A DNA stretch of 32,000 bases from Mycolicibacterium smegmatis (lineage in GTDB: Bacteria > Actinomycetota > Actinomycetes > Mycobacteriales > Mycobacteriaceae), in assembly GCF_001457595.1 (NCBI RefSeq), contig NZ_LN831039.1:3630001-3662000 (forward strand). Reading direction: 5' to 3'. The notes beneath the pieces were generated by a model. The model had not been told where the DNA came from, did no database searches, and saw only the letters and a program-made list of their open reading frames with translations. The translations under genes were made by a program, and so were the position numbers. Numbering within the stretch: the first letter of the stretch is position 1; each line of letters starts with the position of its first letter. Positions 26,162 through 32,000 of this stretch are shown in pieces.

Positions 26162-27619
26162 ATGGGGGAAGCACACGATACACAGGCGCGGCGCACGGTC
26201 TTCGGTCACCCGATGGGGTTGGTGAATCTGTTCGGGGTCGAGTTGTGGGAACGGTTCTCGTTCTACGGGATGTTGACGATCCTCGGCTACTACCTCTACT
26301 ACACGGCCACCGACGGCGGGCTCGGACTACCGCAGTCGACCGCGACAGGGATCGTGGGCGCCTACGGCGGTTTGGTCTATCTTTCAACGGTTCTCGGCGG
26401 CTGGATCGCCGATCGCGTGCTCGGCATGGAGCGCACCGTGTTCTACGGCGGCGTGGTGGTGATGTGCGGTCACATCGCGCTTGCGGTGCTGCCGGGACTC
26501 GCGGGCGTGGGTATCGGCCTGGTGCTGGTCGCGCTCGGTTCAGGTGCACTCAAGGCCAACGCCTCGTCGTTGCTCGGCACGCTCTATGACAAGGACGATC
26601 CCCGGTGCGACGGCGGGTTCACCTTGTTCTACCTCGGCGTCAATCTCGGCGCGTTCGTCGGTCCGCTGGTCACCGGGATCCTGCAGACCCGGATCGGATT
26701 CCACTACGGGTTCGGTGCCGCCGCGATCGGCATGGCGCTGGGCCTCGTGCAGTACGTGGTGTACCGGCGCAACCTCGGAACGCATGGCCGCATCGTCCCG
26801 AACCCGTTGCCGTCGAGCTCATTCGGCAAGGTTGCTGCCTTTGCGACAGCACTCGTGATCGCGGCGGTGGCGCTGTTCGTCTCCGGCGTCGTGACCTTGG
26901 CCAACCTCTCGCAGGCGACCACCGTGGTGATCGCGCTGGCTTCGGTGGCGTACTTCGCGGTGTTCCTCACGAGCTCCAAGGTGAGCACGCTCGAGCGCAC
27001 ACGCGTCCGCGCATTCATCCCGCTGTTCGTCGCCAATGCCGTGTTCTGGTCGCTGTTCCAGCAGATCTTCACCGTGCTCGCGGTGTACTCCGACGAGCGC
27101 ATGAACTGGTCGGTGTTCGGGTGGACCGCGCCGTCGAACTGGATCGGGTCGATCGAACCGGTCTGGATCATCGTGCTGTCCCCCGTGTTCGCGTGGTTGT
27201 GGACCCGTCTGGGTGACCGCGCCCCGACCACGCCGCGCAAGTTCTCCTACGCCGTGATCGGCATGGGTGTCGCGTTCCTGCTGTTCCTGCCCATGGCGGG
27301 CACGACCGGCAGGGCCGTGCCCGCGCTCGTCGTGGCGGCGATCCTGGCGCTGTTCGCCATCTCGGAACTGACGATCTCGCCGATCGGGCTGTCGGTCACG
27401 ACAAAACTTGCACCAGAGGCGTTCCGGGCGCAGATGATGGCGCTGTACTTCTTCTCGCTGGGCCTCGGCACCGCGATGTCAGGTGTCCTGGCCGGCTACT
27501 ACGACCCGGCGCACGAGTTCGCCTACTTCGGGATCCTCGGCCTGGTCGCCATCGTGGTCGGCATCGTGGTGTTCGCCGTGTCGCCGCGGATCACACGTCT
27601 GATGGAAGGCGTGCACTAA
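26162..27619 (+). CDS. proton-dependent oligopeptide transporter (POT/PTR2 family, DtpT-like)
   Basis: PTR2 signature GVELWERFSFYGM near the N-terminus and about 12-14 hydrophobic segments. Start is ATG 26162. The track ORF start 24983 is an antisense shadow of the upstream minus-strand gene. Confidence 0.9.
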   Translation: MGEAHDTQARRTVFGHPMGLVNLFGVELWERFSFYGMLTILGYYLYYTATDGGLGLPQSTATGIVGAYGGLVYLSTVLGGWIADRVLGMERTVFYGGVVVMCGHIALAVLPGLAGVGIGLVLVALGSGALKANASSLLGTLYDKDDPRCDGGFTLFYLGVNLGAFVGPLVTGILQTRIGFHYGFGAAAIGMALGLVQYVVYRRNLGTHGRIVPNPLPSSSFGKVAAFATALVIAAVALFVSGVVTLANLSQATTVVIALASVAYFAVFLTSSKVSTLERTRVRAFIPLFVANAVFWSLFQQIFTVLAVYSDERMNWSVFGWTAPSNWIGSIEPVWIIVLSPVFAWLWTRLGDRAPTTPRKFSYAVIGMGVAFLLFLPMAGTTGRAVPALVVAAILALFAISELTISPIGLSVTTKLAPEAFRAQMMALYFFSLGLGTAMSGVLAGYYDPAHEFAYFGILGLVAIVVGIVVFAVSPRITRLMEGVH

Positions 27620-28566
27620 CCGCCCGCGAGAATGGCGGCCAGCTGTGCCGGTTCGATGTTGCCGCCGGACACGATGGCCACCGCGGACCCGTCCGGGAGC
27701 GCGGCCTTGCGATAACCGGCGAGCGACACCGCGCCGCTGGGTTCGGCGACCAGGCGTGCCCGCAACGCCAGTTCCCTTACCGCCGAGCGGATCTCGTCCT
27801 CACTCACGGTGATCACGTCGTCGATGACCTGGCGCAGGTGCGCGAACGTCAACTCCGAAGGCGTCGACCGCAGCCCGTCGGCGATGGTCCGGTTCCGTTT
27901 CGCCACAGGCCATTCGACGATGCTCCCCAGTGCGAGAGACTCGGCGGTGTCGGCCGCGAGTTCGGGTTCCACCGCGAAGATCTTCGCCTTCGGGCGCAAC
28001 GCGCGGATCGCGGTGCCGATACCGGAGGCGAGCCCACCACCGCTGACGGGTATCAGCACGGTCGCGAGTTCGGGGAGGTCCTCGGCGATCTCGATGCCGA
28101 TCGTGCCCTGGCCCGCGATGATGTCGGGGTGGTCGAAGGGCGGGATCAGCACCGCACCCGTCTTCTCGACCAGTTCGGCGGCGGTGCGTTCACGCTCCCC
28201 CGCGCCGCACAGCACCACGTGGGCGCCGCGCCGACGGGTGGCCTCCACCTTGACCGCGGGCGTCTCTTCCGGCATCACGATATGGGCGGGCACGCCGTAG
28301 GCTGCGGCGGCATATGCCACGGCCTGGGCATGGTTGCCGCTCGAATAGGCCACCACACCCCGGGCCCTGGTATCTGTGTCGAGACGGCCCAGCGCGTTGA
28401 ACGCGCCGCGGATCTTGAACGCGCCGATGGGCTGCAGGGTCTCCGCCTTGAGCCACAGCGGGCAGCGGGGGTCACCCCAATCGGCGGCCAGCAGTGGGGT
28501 GCGCACGATGTCGGCCGCGATGCGCGCGGCTGCGCCGGAGATGTCGTCGAGGGTCACCAGGTCCAC
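27616..28566 (-). CDS. PLP-dependent serine/threonine dehydratase (tryptophan-synthase-beta fold, no ACT regulatory domain)
   Basis: PLP-lysine motif LKAETLQPIGAFKIRGAFNAL plus the SSGNHAQAVAYAA and GGGLASG loops. I placed the start at GTG 28566, with GTG 28557 and 28629 as alternatives. Its stop overlaps the POT stop (CTAA at 27616-27619). Confidence 0.85.
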   Translation of the reverse strand: MDLVTLDDISGAAARIAADIVRTPLLAADWGDPRCPLWLKAETLQPIGAFKIRGAFNALGRLDTDTRARGVVAYSSGNHAQAVAYAAAAYGVPAHIVMPEETPAVKVEATRRRGAHVVLCGAGERERTAAELVEKTGAVLIPPFDHPDIIAGQGTIGIEIAEDLPELATVLIPVSGGGLASGIGTAIRALRPKAKIFAVEPELAADTAESLALGSIVEWPVAKRNRTIADGLRSTPSELTFAHLRQVIDDVITVSEDEIRSAVRELALRARLVAEPSGAVSLAGYRKAALPDGSAVAIVSGGNIEPAQLAAILAGG

Positions 28567-28661
28567 GTCGACCAGTCTTGCGCGCCGACCGTGGGCAGCA
28601 CAAAACGGGCCGTTCACTACGCTGGGCACGAAACGATCGAGACACCAGACATGCGAAGGCG

Positions 28662-29108
28662 GTGCACGTGGGCGGGTTCGACTTTGCGATCGTTCCGCGC
28701 TACGGCGAGGTCGACCAACAGGGTGTGGTGTTCAACGCGCACTACCTGACCTGGTTCGACGAGGCCTGCACCGCGTTTCTCGACCACCTCGGCGTGACCT
28801 ATCCGGGCCTCATCGAGTCCGGCCTGGACATCCAGGTGGTGCACACCGAGATCGACTTCGCCGCGCCGGTGCGGTGGCGCGACGACGTCCGCGTCGCGGT
28901 GACCTGCGAGCGCGTCGGCAACACGAGTTTCACGCTCGCGTTCACGGTGTTCGGATCGAACGCCACCACGCCCGAGCGGGCCGCGGTCGCGGGTCGCAAC
29001 GTCTACGTCGTCGTCTCAGGCACCGACTGGACCAAACGCGCCGTCCCCGACCGGCTCCGCGCCGCGCTCGACGCGGTCGCGGACCGGCACGCCGAACGAA
29101 TCCGCTGA
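28662..29108 (+). CDS. acyl-CoA thioesterase, hotdog fold (4-hydroxybenzoyl-CoA thioesterase/YbgC-like)
   Basis: IVPRYGEVDQQGVVFNAHYLTWFDEA matches the 4HBT-type active-site region (D...V.N..Y). The start is GTG 28662 or 28668, after GAAGG. Confidence 0.8.
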   Translation: MHVGGFDFAIVPRYGEVDQQGVVFNAHYLTWFDEACTAFLDHLGVTYPGLIESGLDIQVVHTEIDFAAPVRWRDDVRVAVTCERVGNTSFTLAFTVFGSNATTPERAAVAGRNVYVVVSGTDWTKRAVPDRLRAALDAVADRHAERIR

Positions 29109-29160
29109 GCAGCCGCGCTGTTTCGGCCAAGGCGGCAGGGCACGGCGGTAGTGTCTGCCC

Positions 29161-30204
29161 ATGGGTGACGATCACGGGCACGAGCACGGGCCGCGGCGTG
29201 AGCTGCCGCCCGGACTGACCGAACAACTCGACCTTCCCTACGCGGGCATGGTGTCGTTCGGGCACCGGCCGTTTCTGACCGAGACACAGCAACTCGACGA
29301 GTGGCGTCCCGACGTCGCGATCGTCGGAGCCCCGTTCGACATCGCGACCACCAACCGCCCGGGCGCGCGCTTCGGCCCGCGCGCGATTCGCGCGACGGCC
29401 TACGAACCGGGCACCTATCACCTGGATCTCGGCCTGGAGATCTTCGACTGGCTCGAGGTGGTCGATTTCGGTGACGCGTACTGCCCACACGGGCAGACCG
29501 AGGTGTCGCACGCCAACATCCGTGAGCGCGTGCACGCGGTCGCGTCCCGCGGCGTCGTCCCGGTGGTGCTCGGCGGGGACCATTCCATCACCTGGCCGTC
29601 GGCGACCGCCGTGGCCGATGTGCACGGCTACGGCAACGTCGGCATCGTGCATTTCGACGCCCACGCCGACACGGCCGACAACATCGAGGGCAACCTCGCG
29701 AGCCACGGCACCCCGATGCGCCGGCTCATCGAATCGGGCGCCGTGCCCGGCAGCCACTTCGTACAGGTCGGGCTGCGGGGTTACTGGCCGCCGCAGGACA
29801 CGTTCGAGTGGATGCTCGAACAGAAGATGACCTGGCACACCATGCAGGAGATCTGGGATCGCGGATTCAAGGCCGTGATGGACGACGCGGTCGGCGAGGC
29901 GCTGGCGAAGGCCGAAAAGCTCTATCTCTCCGTAGATATCGATGTTCTGGACCCGGCGCACGCGCCCGGCACGGGAACTCCCGAGCCGGGCGGGATCACC
30001 AGCGCCGACCTCTTACGCATGGTCCGGCAGTTGTGTCACCGCCACGACGTGGCCGGCGTCGACGTGGTCGAGGTCGCGCCCGCCTACGACCACGCCGAAC
30101 TGACAGTGAACGCCGCGCACCGCGTGGTGTTCGAGGCGCTCGCGGGTATGGCGGCGCGCAGGCGTGACGCGGCACAGGCCCAGCCGGGGCCACCCGCGCG
30201 ATAG
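29161..30204 (+). CDS. ureohydrolase (agmatinase/guanidino-acid hydrolase family) with His-rich N-terminus
   Basis: Binuclear-metal motifs GGDHSITWP, HFDAHADT and SVDIDVLDPAHAPGTGTPEPGG. The N-terminus reads MGDDHGHEHG. Confidence 0.9.
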   Translation: MGDDHGHEHGPRRELPPGLTEQLDLPYAGMVSFGHRPFLTETQQLDEWRPDVAIVGAPFDIATTNRPGARFGPRAIRATAYEPGTYHLDLGLEIFDWLEVVDFGDAYCPHGQTEVSHANIRERVHAVASRGVVPVVLGGDHSITWPSATAVADVHGYGNVGIVHFDAHADTADNIEGNLASHGTPMRRLIESGAVPGSHFVQVGLRGYWPPQDTFEWMLEQKMTWHTMQEIWDRGFKAVMDDAVGEALAKAEKLYLSVDIDVLDPAHAPGTGTPEPGGITSADLLRMVRQLCHRHDVAGVDVVEVAPAYDHAELTVNAAHRVVFEALAGMAARRRDAAQAQPGPPAR

Positions 30205-30283
30205 CGCCTGAAGCGTCGGCTGCATAGGTTTCCTCAGTTTGGGTATTCCCTAGCCCGATTCGTCACGGGCGAGGAGGCAGCCG

Positions 30284-32000
30284 ATGAGTTCAGGAGTGCA
30301 GACGGGCACCATCACCACACAGGTGCCCAGTCGGTTGGATCGGTTGCCGTGGTCGCGGTTCCACTGGCGGGTGGTGCTCGGACTCGGCGGGGTGTGGATC
30401 CTCGACGGCCTGGAAGTCACCATGGTCGGCAACGTCGCGTCCCGACTCACCGAGAGCGGCAGCGGGATCGAGCTCAGCGCGGGCCAGATCGGTATCGCCG
30501 CAGCGGTCTACATCACCGGAGCATGTCTGGGCGCGTTGTTCTTCGGTCAGCTCACCGACCGGTTCGGCCGCAAGAAGCTTTTCCTCCTCACCCTCGCTGT
30601 CTATCTCGTCGCCACGGTCGCAACGGCTTTCGCGTTCGCGCCGTGGTTCTTCTTCGTCTGCCGCTTCTTCACCGGAGCCGGCATAGGCGGCGAATAAGCC
30701 GCGATCAACTCCGCGATCGACGAGCTCATCCCTGCGCGGGTGCGCGGACGTGTCGACCTCATCATCAACGGCTCCTACTGGCTGGGCGCCGCAGGCGGCG
30801 CCCTGGGCGCACTGCTGCTGTTGAACACGGCGATCTTCCCGGCCGACATCGGGTGGCGCATCGCGTTCGGTATCGGCGCGGTCTTCGGCCTGGTGGTGCT
30901 GGTGGTGCGACGCCACGTGCCGGAGAGCCCACGATGGTTGTTCATCCACGGCCAGGAAGACGAGGCCGAGCGCGTGGTCGGTGAGATCGAGCGTGAGGTG
31001 GAACGCAGCACCGGCAGGCCCCTCGACGAGCCCGAAGGATCGCTGACGGTGCGTCAGCGCAAGACGATCTCGTTCGTCGAGATCGCGAAGGTCGCGTTCA
31101 CCAAGTACCCGAAGCGGGCGGTGCTCGGGCTCGCCCTGTTCATCGGGCAGGCATTCATCTACAACGCGTTCACCTTCAACCTCGGAACGCTGTTGAGCGG
31201 TTTCTTCGACGTCGCCTCGGGTGCGGTGCCGATCTTCTACGCGGTGTGGGCGTTGAGCAACTTCGCCGGGCCGATCCTGCTCGGCCGGCTGTTCGACACC
31301 GTCGGCCGCAAACCGATGATCGCGCTGGCCTACCTCGGCTCGGCCGCGGTCGCGGTCATCCTGACGGTCCTGTTCGTCAACGAGATCGGCGGCGTGTGGC
31401 TGTTCATGCTGGTGCTCGGCGTGTGCTTCTTCCTGGCGTCGTCGGGCGCGAGCGCGGCGTATCTCACGGTCAGCGAGATCTTCCCCATGGAGACGCGTGC
31501 GCTGGCCATCGCGTTCTTCTACGCGATCGGCACGGCCGTCGGCGGCATCACCGGTCCCCTGCTGTTCGGCCAGCTCATCGAGTCCGGCGAGCGCGGACTG
31601 GTCGCGGTGTCGTTCCTGATCGGCGCCGCAGTGATGGCGGTCGGCGGTGTGGTCGAACTGATCCTCGGGGTCAAGGCCGAGGGCCAGAAGCTCGAGGACC
31701 TCGCGATGCCGCTCACCGCCGATGAGGGCGACGGGGAGTCGGGCGGAGATGCCGAGAACGCCGATGATCAGGCCGACGAGCGGGCGCGGGCGCGCAAGGA
31801 ACGCGAAGCCCGCATCGCCGCACGTGTCGAGCGTCAGAGGGCCGCGCAGAGTCGTGCCCGGCGGTACCGTCCCGGCCCGCCCCCGGGTTGGGAGGGCGCT
31901 TGGCGCGAGCCGCCGACGCCCGGTGTGCCGGAGTCCGCGCTGGACCACGAGATCGACGCGATCGCGCGGGCCGTCGCCGACAATGAGTCGATGACGGTTC
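30284..32000 (+). pseudogene. MFS transporter (sugar-porter/metabolite:H+ symporter-like) interrupted by an in-frame TAA at 30695-30697; continues beyond the window
   Basis: GAGGAGG RBS and ATG 30284. Motifs DRFGRKK and FTGAGIGGE-stop-AAINSAIDELIP, where homologues have GGEY. The same frame stays open from 30698 to the window end and encodes the remaining TM helices (PESPRWL, FDTVGRKP, EIFPMETRA) plus a long charged C-terminal tail. Confidence 0.75.

Noticed and set aside
30290-31948. A 552-aa minus-strand ORF opposite the MFS transporter
   Set aside because: It is a shadow frame. The + strand encodes canonical MFS motifs and hydrophobic helices throughout, while the minus-strand product is Arg/Asp/Glu/Gly-rich with no domain.
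1-32000. Search for CRISPR arrays, tRNA/rRNA genes, IS elements, integrases, prophage or defence-island hallmarks
   Set aside because: There are no regularly spaced direct repeats, no cloverleaf-like intergenic sequences (most gaps are under 130 nt), and no transposase, integrase or recombinase-like ORFs. There are also no terminal inverted repeats and no obvious compositional island. The only tandem repeat is coding low complexity at 24567-24616.

Overview
This is a high-G+C actinobacterial chromosome segment. From memory it looks like Mycolicibacterium (Mycobacterium) smegmatis or a very close relative. The 402-aa acetyltransferase at 8720-9928 reads like the M. smegmatis Eis protein, and the P450 at 18307-19599 is a CYP125-type steroid C26-monooxygenase paralogue. 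A BLAST search is needed to confirm the species.

The window is densely packed with about 32 protein-coding genes on both strands. Most are metabolic enzymes: amidase, PLP decarboxylase, class I aldolase, hydrolases, an SDR, a nitronate monooxygenase-like enzyme, a molybdoenzyme, a P450 and an agmatinase-family enzyme. There are also four one-component regulators (TetR, XRE/MmyB-like, GntR, and KstR sites acting in trans), several transporters (POT, MFS), and a small cell-envelope cluster (DUF7159-like Pro-rich membrane protein, Pr6Pr membrane protein, L,D-transpeptidase).

I see no rRNA, tRNA, CRISPR array, transposase, integrase, phage gene or recognisable defence system. The many long extra ORFs in the track are antisense or off-frame shadows typical of GC-rich DNA. 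I did not find a clearly novel multi-gene system, and the window looks like ordinary core or accessory metabolism.

The items most worth a second look are:
- an FAD-oxidoreductase gene with no stop codon, whose frame runs antisense through cinA into eis
- an MFS transporter interrupted by an in-frame TAA at a conserved Tyr codon
- three KstR-type operator boxes that tie scattered genes (SDR/DapB-like pair, nitronate monooxygenase-like gene, CYP125 paralogue) to steroid regulation
- an eis-cinA tandem of two drug-tolerance enzymes
- a translationally coupled TetR/orphan-molybdoenzyme pair with a palindromic operator
- the DUF7159-like/Pr6Pr/Ldt envelope cluster
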